Positions 53,007-62,782 of a stretch of 64,000 nt of DNA are shown in pieces (positions within the stretch are counted from its first letter, which is position 1; every line of letters starts with the position of its first letter). This DNA is from Gemmatimonadota bacterium (GTDB lineage: Bacteria; Gemmatimonadota; Gemmatimonadetes; Palauibacterales; Palauibacteraceae). Location of the stretch: the NCBI GenBank assembly GCA_046758745.1, contig JBHIAV010000010.1, positions 11,745 to 75,744 on the forward strand, read 5' to 3'. Under the pieces are notes generated by a model. That model was not told the DNA's origin. It searched no databases and was given only the letters and a program-made list of their open reading frames with translations. Position numbers and translations under genes: made by a program.

Positions 53007-54056
53007 TTGACCTCGACGGGCACGCCGTTCGTCGTGGTATTGGCCGGCGGCATCGGCTCGCGTTTCTGGCCGGCCTCGACGCCCGACCGCCCGAAACAGC
53101 TCCTCCCCCTCGCCGGTCCGCGCCCGCTCATCGTCGACACCGTGGAGCGGGCCGTCGCCCTGGCCGGCTGGGAGCGGATCCGGATACTGACCGGCGCACG
53201 ACTGGCCGAGGCCTTCAGCCGGACGCTGCCCGAGCTGGGGGCCGATCACTTCCTGGTGGAGCCGAGAGCCCGCGGTACCGGCCCCGCCCTGGCGTGGGCA
53301 GCCTCGCACTTCGAGGCGATCGAGCCCGGGGCGGTGATGGTCTCGCTGCACGCGGACCATATGATCTCACCCATCGAAGGGTTCCGCGAGACGCTCGACA
53401 GGGCGGTGACCGCAGCGGTCGGCGCCGGTCGCCTGTTCTGCATCGGTGTCCCCCCGGTCCGACCGGAGACAGGCTACGGTTACGTCGAGGTCGGGGCAGC
53501 GATCGGTCCGGGCACACACGAGGTCGCCCGCTTCGTCGAAAAGCCGGACCGGGCCCGTGCGGAGGGCTTCGTGGCCTCGGGACGCTACCTGTGGAACTCC
53601 GGCATCTTCACCTGGCGCGCGGCCGACCTGTTGGATGCGATCCGCCGACACACGCCGGAGGTGAGCCGCGCGCTGGGGCTCCTCGAGGCCGGAGATGTGG
53701 CGGGCTTCTTCGGTGCGGTCCAGCCGATCAGCGTCGACGTCGGCGTCATGGAGCGGGCGGAGGCGGTCGGCGTGGTGGAGGCGACCTTCCGCTGGGACGA
53801 CATCGGCACCTGGACGGGCCTCGCCCGCATCACGCCGCTGGACGCCGCCGGCAACGCCGTGCTCGGGGAGGCGGGCCTGGTGGAGTCCGCGGACAACATC
53901 GTGTGGTCCGAGGAGGGTCGGGTGGTCCTGTTCGGGGTGCGCGGCCTCGTGGTGGTGCGCGCGGGATCGGAGACGCTCGTGACCACGCGGGAATCGGCGC
54001 CGGATCTCAAGCGACTGCTTCAGGCCCTCGAGGCCGGGGAGGAGGATAGCCGTTGA
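53007..54056 (+). CDS. manC: Mannose-1-phosphate guanylyltransferase (no isomerase domain)
   Basis: LAGGIGSRFWPAS, PKQLL, ETGYGY, FVEKP, WNSGIF and WDDIGTW. Confidence 0.9.
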   Translation: MTSTGTPFVVVLAGGIGSRFWPASTPDRPKQLLPLAGPRPLIVDTVERAVALAGWERIRILTGARLAEAFSRTLPELGADHFLVEPRARGTGPALAWAASHFEAIEPGAVMVSLHADHMISPIEGFRETLDRAVTAAVGAGRLFCIGVPPVRPETGYGYVEVGAAIGPGTHEVARFVEKPDRARAEGFVASGRYLWNSGIFTWRAADLLDAIRRHTPEVSRALGLLEAGDVAGFFGAVQPISVDVGVMERAEAVGVVEATFRWDDIGTWTGLARITPLDAAGNAVLGEAGLVESADNIVWSEEGRVVLFGVRGLVVVRAGSETLVTTRESAPDLKRLLQALEAGEEDSR

Positions 54057-55261
54057 GGCTCTTCGTGTTCGACGACGCCGCGGCCGACGCTTGGGAGCCT
54101 TTCGCGCTCACTCGCCCGTGCGGAGAGCTCCGGTACGGGGCGATGCTGCTGCGCGAACGGCTCGAGCGCTTCGCCGGCCGGCCGGCGGCCGGAAGCTGCT
54201 CGCGCCCCTGGCTCGAGGCGTACTGCGAAGAGGGAGCTCCTCCCGTCGTCCCCCGGCCCGAGTCGCCCGAGCCGTTTGCGCGTCTCTTCCTCTCCTCCCG
54301 GGCCGTGCCGGACCACGGCGCTCGCCTGACGGCGACGGGCGACCGGGCGCTCACGGTGCGGATCGGAGGCGAGGTGGCCGGGTGCGTGGTTCCGGCGGCG
54401 GCGATCCCCCCACCCCCCGAGTGGTTCCAGCGACCGGAGCCGCTTCCCGGGACGGAGGAGCTTGAGTTCGAGGGAGAGGCGCTACCGGCCGGGTGGTCGC
54501 TGATCGCTGGAAACTCGAGACGGCTGGCTCGCGACCTCGCCTCACCGGGGGGCGCGGCAGTCGCCCTACCCCGCGGGGTAGAGCGGTTCGGCGACGCACC
54601 TCTCCGGCTCGGTCCCGGCGTGACCCTGGAGCCGGGCGTGCTGCTCGACACGCGCGATGGACCGATCCGGCTGGACGAGCGCGTGGAGGTGCGCTCGGGG
54701 GCGCGCATCGCCGGCCCGCTCCACGCGGGGCCGGACTGCCGCCTCCTCGGGGGCCCGATCGCGAGGCTGGCCGCCGGCCCGAAGAGCTACCTCCGGGGGG
54801 AGATCGAGGACTGCATCGTGATCGGCTATTCGAACAAGGCGCACGACGGGTTCCTCGGCCACTCCTACCTCGGCCGATGGGTGAACCTGGGCGCGTTGAC
54901 CACGAACAGCGACCTCAAGAACAACTACGGCCCCGTGCGGCTGGGCGCGCCGGGCGGGAGCCTGGAGACGGGGCTCCTCAAGCTCGGGTGCCTCCTGGGG
55001 GACCACGTGAAGACGGCGATCGGAACACTTCTCGACACCGGCACGGTGGTCGGAGCGGGGGCCAACCTGTTCGGTGTCCGGACGCTCCCGAAGTGGGTAC
55101 CGCCGTTCGCCTGGGGCGGAGATCCTTCGGACCCGAGCCTTTACAGGAAGGAGGAGTTCCTGAAGATGGCCGAGGCCGTGCTCGCGCGGCGGGAGGTCCC
55201 GTTCGACGCGGGCACGGCCCGCTGGCTGGGCGCGGTGTGGGAGGAGGCGACTCGCCGGTGA
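54053..55261 (+). CDS. GlmU-related putative sugar nucleotidyl/acetyltransferase
   Basis: PFALTRPCGELRYG, SNKAHDGFLGHSYLGRWVNLGA and NSDLKNNY; hexapeptide repeats. Confidence 0.82.
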   Translation: MRLFVFDDAAADAWEPFALTRPCGELRYGAMLLRERLERFAGRPAAGSCSRPWLEAYCEEGAPPVVPRPESPEPFARLFLSSRAVPDHGARLTATGDRALTVRIGGEVAGCVVPAAAIPPPPEWFQRPEPLPGTEELEFEGEALPAGWSLIAGNSRRLARDLASPGGAAVALPRGVERFGDAPLRLGPGVTLEPGVLLDTRDGPIRLDERVEVRSGARIAGPLHAGPDCRLLGGPIARLAAGPKSYLRGEIEDCIVIGYSNKAHDGFLGHSYLGRWVNLGALTTNSDLKNNYGPVRLGAPGGSLETGLLKLGCLLGDHVKTAIGTLLDTGTVVGAGANLFGVRTLPKWVPPFAWGGDPSDPSLYRKEEFLKMAEAVLARREVPFDAGTARWLGAVWEEATRR

Positions 55262-56085
55262 GGGTGGCGGCGCTCGGGAGCGGCAGCCGCGGCAACGCGG
55301 TGCTGGTGGAATCGGGAGAGAGCCGAATCCTCATAGACGCGGGCTTCAGCGGATCCGACCTCGCGCGTCGCCTCGCCGAGCTGGAGATCGAGCCGGAGGG
55401 CGTGGCGGGGGTGGTGGTGACGCACGAGCACCGGGACCACGCCCGCGGCATCGGTGTCGCTGCCCGGCGGTGGGGCTGGTCGCTCTACCTCAACCCGGCC
55501 ACCGAGCGGGCCTGCCGGGACCTTCTCCGTGGGGAGGAGAGGGTGCGGCATTTCGAGGCGGGGCGGCCCTTCACAGCGGATGCGCTCGAGGTGTATCCGT
55601 TCCGCAACTGTCACGATGCGGCCGATCCCGTCGCGGTGACCATCACCGAGCCCGTCTCCGGACTGCGCGTGGGCGTGGCCACCGATCTCGGACGAGCCAC
55701 CGGGCCGGTCAGGTCGGCCCTCGCCGGCTGTCATATCCTCGTCCTCGAGGCGAACCACGACGAGCTGCGGCTGCGAGACGGGCCATACCCATGGTCGATC
55801 AAGCAGCGCATCGGGGGATCCCGGGGCCACCTGTCGAACCGCCTGGCCGGCGAGCTGGCGGCCGACCTCGTCCACCCCGGCCTCGGCGGCATCCTTCTGG
55901 CCCACCTGAGCTTTGAGTGCAACGACCCGGCGCTCGCCCGGGCGACGGTGGAGCAGCGGCTCGACGGCTCGGGCTTTCGGGGCGGGCTGTTCGTGGCCGG
56001 GCAGGCGACGCCCTCCCCGTTCTACGAGGTGGGGGACCTCGTGCGCCGCGCCCGGCACGGCGCACAGCTCGCGCTCTCTCTGTGA
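55258..56085 (+). CDS. MBL-fold metallo-hydrolase (YycJ/WalJ-like)
   Basis: LGSGSRGN, THEHRDH, HDAADP, EANHD, GHLSN and LAHLS. Confidence 0.9.
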   Translation: MRVAALGSGSRGNAVLVESGESRILIDAGFSGSDLARRLAELEIEPEGVAGVVVTHEHRDHARGIGVAARRWGWSLYLNPATERACRDLLRGEERVRHFEAGRPFTADALEVYPFRNCHDAADPVAVTITEPVSGLRVGVATDLGRATGPVRSALAGCHILVLEANHDELRLRDGPYPWSIKQRIGGSRGHLSNRLAGELAADLVHPGLGGILLAHLSFECNDPALARATVEQRLDGSGFRGGLFVAGQATPSPFYEVGDLVRRARHGAQLALSL

Positions 56086-56163
56086 TCGCTCTGCGGGAAG
56101 GCGCTCCCCGCCCTGTAGGGGATCGTCGTCCCGGCCGATCTCCTCCGTGTCCCGGCACACGGA

Positions 56164-56252
56164 GGCTGCCGCTTTCGTGGGGGAGCCGCGCTTCTCAGGG
56201 GATGCGGCCGCGGCTGCCCCTCTCGCGGGACAGCCGCCCTTCTCAGGGGATG
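56164..56252. repeat. Imperfect 41-bp direct repeat (period 48) spanning the rseP stop and its downstream hairpin
   Basis: 56164-56204 versus 56212-56252, 35 of 41 identical. Confidence 0.85.
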
Positions 56253-57331
56253 ATCCGCAGGATGTCGTTCGCGAAGGCCCACACCATGAGACCCACGATC
56301 AACACCAACCCCACCTGCGTGAGCCTCATCCTCTGCTCCACGCTCAGCGCTCTTCCGCGCACGCCTTCCACTGCCAGGAAGAGGAGGTGACCTCCATCGA
56401 GCACCGGAATCGGCAGGAGGTTCAGGACGGCCAGGTTGATGCTGATGATGGCCATGAAGTTGAGGAACGGCCAGAGCCCCAGACGCGCGAACTGGCCCGA
56501 GAGCTGACCGATCAGGATCGGGCCTCCGAGCTCCCTGGCCGAGGTGTGCCCGGTCACCAGCTGGATGACGAAATCGACGATCGAGCGGGTCCAGTACCCG
56601 GTCCGGTGCATCCCCTCGACCAACGCCTGCCCCCACCCGAGGAGCCGGAAGCTGGACGGGTCCCGCGCCACCCCGATCTGACCGATCACGACCGAGTCGC
56701 CGAGCACCTCGCTGTAGATCATCGCGCTGTCGGGACGAACGAGCAGCTCGAGAGTGCGTCCTCCCCGCGCCACCGTGAGGGTGAGCTCTTCGCCGGCCCG
56801 CGGCTCGATCGACATCGTCACCTCGGAAAAGTCGCGCACCGCCACACCCTCGACGGACAGGATCCGGTCCCCCGGCAGTAGGCCCGCCGCCTCGGCCGGC
56901 GAGCCCGGGACGACCTGACCGACGATGGGGACCCTCATCCCCTGGACGCGCGCGTAGGCGGAGAACGCGGCGAAGGCGAAAAGGAGGTTCATCACGACGC
57001 CGGCCGACACCACGACGACCCTGGCCCACAACGGCTTGGCGTCGAAGTCCCGGGGTGACGGAGCGCGCTCGACGGGCGCGGCCGGACCCTCGAGCGGCGC
57101 CAACGCCTCCTCCTCCCCCATCCCCGCCATCTTCACGTAACCGCCGAACGGGATTGCCGCCACCAGATACTCCGTCTCTCCTCGGGTGAAGCCGAAGAGC
57201 TTGGGCCCGAAGCCAATGGCGAAGCGGTGCACCTCGATATCGACCGCCTTGGCGGCCCAGAAGTGTCCCAGCTCGTGCACAAAGATGAGAACGCCGAGGA
57301 CCAGGGCGGTGGCGAGGATCGTGGTGACCAT
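56243..57331 (-). CDS. rseP: RIP metalloprotease RseP
   Basis: HELGH, PDZ domain and NLLPIPVLDGG. Confidence 0.96.
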   Translation of the reverse strand: MVTTILATALVLGVLIFVHELGHFWAAKAVDIEVHRFAIGFGPKLFGFTRGETEYLVAAIPFGGYVKMAGMGEEEALAPLEGPAAPVERAPSPRDFDAKPLWARVVVVSAGVVMNLLFAFAAFSAYARVQGMRVPIVGQVVPGSPAEAAGLLPGDRILSVEGVAVRDFSEVTMSIEPRAGEELTLTVARGGRTLELLVRPDSAMIYSEVLGDSVVIGQIGVARDPSSFRLLGWGQALVEGMHRTGYWTRSIVDFVIQLVTGHTSARELGGPILIGQLSGQFARLGLWPFLNFMAIISINLAVLNLLPIPVLDGGHLLFLAVEGVRGRALSVEQRMRLTQVGLVLIVGLMVWAFANDILRIIP

Positions 57332-57471
57332 CTACGGTGCGGTATTCCGGTTCCGGGTCGACGCGTGGACTAGATTCGGTGACATCCGCGGACGCGGGGG
57401 TATCGGACATGGCGGCCCGGCAGCGCACGGAGCGAACGTGCCGCTCCACCCCCGGCCGCGCGGTCCAGCTT

Positions 57472-58665
57472 TCACCCCCCAGCCCGCGGCAGGTTCCGGG
57501 CCATGGCCGTCTGCTCGACCGACTGGAGCGCAATCCGGCGAGCCGCCCGGTCGGCCTCCCACACATCCTCCAGCCCGCTCAACGGGCGCGGAGGGAGACG
57601 CTCCAGCGCCCGCGCGACGATCCCCGCAATCTCGGGAAAGCTCACTCGGCCGTCCAGGAACGCCCGCACGGCCACCTCGTTCGCCGCGCTGTAGGTCGCG
57701 GGATGGGTACCACCGGCACGTCCGGCCGCTATGCCAAGGTTGAACATCGGGAAGTCCTCCGTCCTCAGCCGCTCGAAGGTGAGCGGGCTCACCGCCACCG
57801 GGTCGAAAGGCCGGAACTCGTCCGCCAGCCTCTCGGGCTCCGAGAGGGCGTACCGGATGGGAAGCTCCATCGTAGGGTAGCCGAGCTGTGCCAGGGTGGA
57901 GCCGTCCCGTAGCTCGACGAAGGAATGCACGATCGACGCCGGGTGCACCACCACCTCGATCCGATCGTACTCCACCCCGAACAGGATGTGGGCCTCGATC
58001 ACCTCGAGCGCCTTGTTCGCCAGCGTGGCCGAATCGACACTGATCTTGTCCCCCATGCTCCACGTCGGATGTGCCAGTGCGTCGGCAGGGCGGATGCGCG
58101 CGAATTCGGCCCCGGGAGTGGTGCGAAAGGGACCGCCCGAAGCCGTGAGGATGAGACGATGCACTTCGCTCGCCGACCGGCCTGCCAGACACTGGTGAAT
58201 CGCGCTATGCTCGCTGTCCACCGGGATCAGCTCGGCCCCGCCCCGGCGACGGGCCTCCAGCACAAGCTCTCCTCCCGCCACCAGCGACTCCTTGTTCGCC
58301 AGGGCAAGGCGCCTCCCCGCCTCGAGCGCACGCAGCGTGGGGGGAAGGCCGGCGATCCCTACCAAGCCGTTCACCACGATCGAGGCGCCCCCTTCCACCG
58401 CCGCCTCGGCTACAGCGTCATCCCCACGTCGCCACTCCCCGCGCCAGCGCGGACGGAAGCGCGCCGGGGGGGATTCAGCCAGCACCACGAAGTCGGGCTC
58501 GAACTCCATGGCCAGCCCGTCGAGCTCCACGGCACGCCGGCCCGCGGTGAGACCCACGACTCGGAACCGCTCCGGGTGACGCCGGATCACGTTGAGCGTC
58601 GACCGTCCGATGGATCCCGTGGCCCCCAGGACCACCACGCCGCTCGCTCCCGTCTCCCGGCCCAC
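57472..58665 (-). CDS. dxr: 1-deoxy-D-xylulose-5-phosphate reductoisomerase
   Basis: GATGSIG, LANKESLV, PVDSEH and HPTWSMG motifs. Confidence 0.97.
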   Translation of the reverse strand: MGRETGASGVVVLGATGSIGRSTLNVIRRHPERFRVVGLTAGRRAVELDGLAMEFEPDFVVLAESPPARFRPRWRGEWRRGDDAVAEAAVEGGASIVVNGLVGIAGLPPTLRALEAGRRLALANKESLVAGGELVLEARRRGGAELIPVDSEHSAIHQCLAGRSASEVHRLILTASGGPFRTTPGAEFARIRPADALAHPTWSMGDKISVDSATLANKALEVIEAHILFGVEYDRIEVVVHPASIVHSFVELRDGSTLAQLGYPTMELPIRYALSEPERLADEFRPFDPVAVSPLTFERLRTEDFPMFNLGIAAGRAGGTHPATYSAANEVAVRAFLDGRVSFPEIAGIVARALERLPPRPLSGLEDVWEADRAARRIALQSVEQTAMARNLPRAGG

Positions 58666-59538
58666 CTAGATCACCAAGGCGAGAAAGAGGTAGGCCGCGG
58701 GGATCGACCACAGCAGGGAATCCAGGCGATCCAGCAACCCGCCGTGACCGGGAAGGAGATTGGAGGAGTCCTTGACGGCGCACTCGCGCTTCAGCGCCGA
58801 CTCCACGAGGTCACCGAGAATGGCCGCCCCCGAGACGACGAGACCGAGGGCGACCAAGCCGGCCGGCCCGAGCCTGTCGCCGATCGCCGGGAGGATCCAC
58901 AGGCCGAAGAGCATCGCCCCCACGGGCCCCGCCACCACGGCCGCCGCCGCCCCTTCTATCGTCTTGTTCGGGCTGATCCGGGGAGCCAGCCTGCGCCGCC
59001 CGAACCGGCGCCCGCCGAAATACGCCGCCGTGTCGGCCAGCCAGGTGAGCGCCACCGGCAGGAAGAAGAGCAGAGTCCCCTCCGTCCGCCCGCTCAGCAG
59101 GGACTCCCGCAGCGGCACGCCGAAGCTGAGCAAGCCGCCCAGGTAGAGGACCCCGAGCACCGTCACCGCGGCGGTGGTGATCGGCCCCTCCGCCGGAGGG
59201 CAACGGAGCATCCCGTATCCGGTCCCCACCAGGAGGAGCAGGGCCACCGCGCTCCACGCACCCCGAGAGCCGAGGTAGAGAACCACCAGCGGCAGGAGAG
59301 CTGCTCCGACGGTGCCGATCGACAGGGGCACGCGGAGCCCCCGGTTGGCCATCATGCGGGCGTACTCCCACATGGCGGTGGCGGCGAGGACGCCGAGGCC
59401 GAGGGCGAAGGCCAGCCCCCCTGCGTACACGATGATGATGGCCAGCGGGATGCCCGCGACCGCGACGAGCAGCCGGCGGCCGAGGTCGGCGCGCCTGACG
59501 CGGGCACCCGCGGCTTCGGCCCGCTCCATCGGCGTCAT
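58666..59538 (-). CDS. cdsA: Phosphatidate cytidylyltransferase
   Basis: ISPNKTIEG, GDLVESALKR and KDSSNLLPGHGGLLDRLDS. Confidence 0.96.
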   Translation of the reverse strand: MTPMERAEAAGARVRRADLGRRLLVAVAGIPLAIIIVYAGGLAFALGLGVLAATAMWEYARMMANRGLRVPLSIGTVGAALLPLVVLYLGSRGAWSAVALLLLVGTGYGMLRCPPAEGPITTAAVTVLGVLYLGGLLSFGVPLRESLLSGRTEGTLLFFLPVALTWLADTAAYFGGRRFGRRRLAPRISPNKTIEGAAAAVVAGPVGAMLFGLWILPAIGDRLGPAGLVALGLVVSGAAILGDLVESALKRECAVKDSSNLLPGHGGLLDRLDSLLWSIPAAYLFLALVI

Positions 59539-59566
59539 CGCGGGGCGCCGGCGGCTTCGATCGGGG

Positions 59567-60301
59567 TCAAGCCTCGACCCTCCCGAAGCGCCGCTCGCGC
59601 CCCTGGAAGTCGAGGATCGCCTCGTACAGGTCTTCCCTTCGAAAGTCGGGCCACAGGACCGGTGTCACGTACAGCTCGGCGTATGCGATCTGCCACAGCA
59701 GGAAATTCGAGATCCGGTACTCTCCGGACGTGCGAACGAGCAGGTCGGGATCGGGAGAGCCGGCCGTGAGGAGCTCGTCCTCGAAACGCGCCTCCGTGAT
59801 GGCGTCCGGTCGAAGCTCACCGCGCGCCGCACGTTCCGCCAGGCGGCGCGCCGCCCGCACGATCTCCGCACGTGAGCCGTAGCTGATCGCCAGGCTGAGC
59901 TTCAGCAGCGTCTCGTTCGCCGTGGCCTCCTCCAGATCGGCCACCGCTCTCCGGGCACTCTCCGTCAGGCGCTCGAGGTCGCCGAAGACCTTCACCCTGA
60001 CCCCGTTGCGCTGGAGCTCATCCCGCTCCCGCTCCGCATACTCGCATAGAAGGTTCATGAGAGCGGACACCTCCTCCACGGGACGCTCCCAGTTCTCGCG
60101 GGAGAAGGCGTACAGGGTGAGGTGCGCAACGCCGGCGGCGATCGCACCTTCGACGGTCTCGCGAACCGCCTTCATCCCTTCCCGGTGGCCCATCCAGCGC
60201 GGGAGACCGCGCTCCCGCGCCCACCGGCCGTTGCCGTCCATGATGAGGGCGACGTGCGTCGGCACCCTCCCCCCGGCGCGTACCCGTTCCAGGAGGGCCA
60301 T
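59567..60301 (-). CDS. uppS: Undecaprenyl diphosphate synthase
   Basis: IMDGNGRW, YAFSRENW and RTSGEYRISNFLLWQ; alternative coupled GTG start at 60361. Confidence 0.96.
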   Translation of the reverse strand: MALLERVRAGGRVPTHVALIMDGNGRWARERGLPRWMGHREGMKAVRETVEGAIAAGVAHLTLYAFSRENWERPVEEVSALMNLLCEYAERERDELQRNGVRVKVFGDLERLTESARRAVADLEEATANETLLKLSLAISYGSRAEIVRAARRLAERAARGELRPDAITEARFEDELLTAGSPDPDLLVRTSGEYRISNFLLWQIAYAELYVTPVLWPDFRREDLYEAILDFQGRERRFGRVEA

Positions 60302-60357
60302 CCCACCGGGGGTTCCCCCTTCCTTCGCGGGGCCGCCGGCCGGTTGCCGGCCCGCGA

Positions 60358-61920
60358 TCACGAGTCCTCGCTCCCCACGTCGACCCTCACGAGGCCTCTC
60401 CTCGCGGCCAGGCGGCGGAGTCCCGGCAAGCCGCCGCGGAAACTGTATGCCTCGTAACCGGCAGCCTGCATGCGCTCGGCGAGTTGCCCGCTCCGGAGTC
60501 CCTGGGCGCAGTACAGCACGTATTCCTCGTCTCGATCCAGCTCGCCGTATCGCCGGAGCAGCTCATCGAAGTCACGGCGGATCGAGCCCGGCCAGTGCCA
60601 GCTGCGGTACTCCGCCTCCTCTCGCGTATCGATCACGATGGCCCCCTCGGGCACGTCCTCGACGAAGAGGGCCGGGGCCACGATGTCCATCGTGTCGAGC
60701 GAGCGGAGTGCCAAGACATCACGCCCGGCAAGCACCGTTTCCAAGATGGACGGGTCCAGAGCGGCCTCCTCCCTACCGACCGCCTCGGGCCGAGCCGCTG
60801 TCACCGGCCGGCCCGGCGAGATCGCGCAGTACTCCCGCACCCTCGACGAGAGGTCATGCGTGCCGATGTCGCGAGCCCGCTGGATGATCTCCCCTTTGTC
60901 GAATCCGACGAGTGGCCGAAGGACCGGCACCTCCGCCGCCTCTTCGATCGCCCGCAGGTTGGTCAGCGTCTGCGAGGAGACCTGTCCCACCGCCTCGCCG
61001 GTGACGATCGCATCTGCGCCGCGTTCCGCCGCGATCCGGGAGGCGGCCCGGTACATCCATCGCTTCAGCACCAGCTGCTGGTAGCCCGGTCGAACCTTCG
61101 CCCGCAGCTCCCCCGCCACCGGCCCGAAGTCGAGGATGTGCATCTCCGGCTGGGTGCCGAAGCTCCAGCGGTCGGCGAGCGACTTCGCCACCTCGAGGAC
61201 CAGCCGCCGGTACGCGCCTCCGCCGAGATTGCAGAAGGCGTAATCCAGCGCCACCCCGCGGCGAAGCATCATCCACGCTGCCACCGCCGAGTCGAAGCCC
61301 CCGGATAGGAGGGCCACGGCACGCCTCTGCACTCCGAGGGGGAGCCCGCCCGCACCCAGCACGCGCTCGGAGTAGAGGTAGGCTCGTCCGCCGCGCACCT
61401 CCACCTGCACCTCGATCTCGGGCTCCTCCAGATCGACGACCGCCTCCCGATTCAGGGCGGCCCCGAGCTCGCGCATCACGTCCTGGGAGTCGAAGGGGTG
61501 ACGACCGGATCTACGGGCACGTACCGCGAACCGACGCCCGCGCACGCGCTCCCCGTACAGCTCCGCGCCCACCCGCACGATCTCCTCGAGGCGCGCTGCA
61601 CACTCCGCCTCGACGACGGAGAACGAGCTGATCCCGAACACCCGCGCGATCTGCTCGAGAACTCCGACGTCGGGAGCCTCCAGGAAAAGCCGGCTCCACT
61701 CGTCCGACACCCGGCAATCCCACCCTCCGGCGTGGCCGGCTTCCCGAAGGTTGTCGGCGAGCGTGCGCAGAAAGCGCGCCCGTGCCCGTCTGGCCTTGGT
61801 GGTGATCTCTCCCGACAGGCGAATCAGCACCCGCACCGGCACATCGCGAGACGACGCGTCATCTGGTCCGGCTTCGACGTCGGCCGGCCGTCGAACCCCT
61901 CTCGAATCGGAGATCCTCAC
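60358..61920 (-). CDS. thiI: tRNA 4-thiouridine(8) synthase with THUMP and C-terminal rhodanese domains
   Basis: GGLPLG, PP-loop SGGFDS, GQVSSQTLTNL, RPL, EYC and rhodanese YCAQGLRS. Confidence 0.93.
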   Translation of the reverse strand: MRISDSRGVRRPADVEAGPDDASSRDVPVRVLIRLSGEITTKARRARARFLRTLADNLREAGHAGGWDCRVSDEWSRLFLEAPDVGVLEQIARVFGISSFSVVEAECAARLEEIVRVGAELYGERVRGRRFAVRARRSGRHPFDSQDVMRELGAALNREAVVDLEEPEIEVQVEVRGGRAYLYSERVLGAGGLPLGVQRRAVALLSGGFDSAVAAWMMLRRGVALDYAFCNLGGGAYRRLVLEVAKSLADRWSFGTQPEMHILDFGPVAGELRAKVRPGYQQLVLKRWMYRAASRIAAERGADAIVTGEAVGQVSSQTLTNLRAIEEAAEVPVLRPLVGFDKGEIIQRARDIGTHDLSSRVREYCAISPGRPVTAARPEAVGREEAALDPSILETVLAGRDVLALRSLDTMDIVAPALFVEDVPEGAIVIDTREEAEYRSWHWPGSIRRDFDELLRRYGELDRDEEYVLYCAQGLRSGQLAERMQAAGYEAYSFRGGLPGLRRLAARRGLVRVDVGSEDS

Positions 61921-62699
61921 CGCCAATCGACCTCCCGCTCCGCGCCCGGCGCCCTCATCTCCTCCTCCACCGGATCAGGCCCCGACAGCTGCTCCGCCAC
62001 TTCCAGGACGAAGGCGCGGGCCAGCCCATACGCCACGTAGCTCACCGTCACGGGAAACGCCGCTTCGGCCGGCCTCCACACGACGAGGCCGAGGGAGACG
62101 AGCATGACCAGGAGGATGGCCCGGCGCCCGGCGTCTCGCGTCCCGGGCCTCAGGACCGGGTACGGTACGTGGCTCAACATGAGAGCGCTCAGCACCACCA
62201 GCCCGATCGCCCCGACTCGAGGCCACGGCCATTCGGCGAGATGGGATCCGAAGAATTCCGTACCCGTGAAGGCATAATAGGTGGCCAGTACTCCCCCCGC
62301 GGCGGGAGACGGAAGACCCAGGTAGTGTACGAGAGCCCGTCCTCCCTGCTCGACATTGAAGCGGGCCAGCCGAAGCGCCACCGCGGCCACGAAGAGGAAG
62401 CACACGATCCACGACCACTCGCCCTCCTCGAACAGCGCCCGGTAAACGATGAGGGAGGGGGCCAGGCCGAAGCTCACCAGGTCGGCCAGAGAGTCGAGCT
62501 CTGCACCGAACCGCGTGTGCGTACGCGAGAAGCGGGCGACGCGTCCGTCCATCCAATCCAGAACGGCCGCGTACACGACCAGCCAGCCCGCCAGCGCGAG
62601 GGAGCCCCGAAGCGCGAGGATGATCGCCCAAAAGCCGAAGAAAAGGCTCCCCAGGGTGAAGGCGCTCGGCAGGATCAGGACAGCCCGGGTGAGACGCAT
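61917..62699 (-). CDS. pssA: CDP-diacylglycerol--serine O-phosphatidyltransferase
   Basis: DWMDGRVAR...FGAELDSLADLVSFG and RLARFN. Confidence 0.93.
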   Translation of the reverse strand: MRLTRAVLILPSAFTLGSLFFGFWAIILALRGSLALAGWLVVYAAVLDWMDGRVARFSRTHTRFGAELDSLADLVSFGLAPSLIVYRALFEEGEWSWIVCFLFVAAVALRLARFNVEQGGRALVHYLGLPSPAAGGVLATYYAFTGTEFFGSHLAEWPWPRVGAIGLVVLSALMLSHVPYPVLRPGTRDAGRRAILLVMLVSLGLVVWRPAEAAFPVTVSYVAYGLARAFVLEVAEQLSGPDPVEEEMRAPGAEREVDWR

Positions 62700-62782
62700 C
62701 GTTCCCGGTCGCCGCAGAGCCTCTTCCCCACGGGCCGGTGGCCCCTCATGCAGGCCCGATGCTTCCCGTATTCGCCCCGTCC

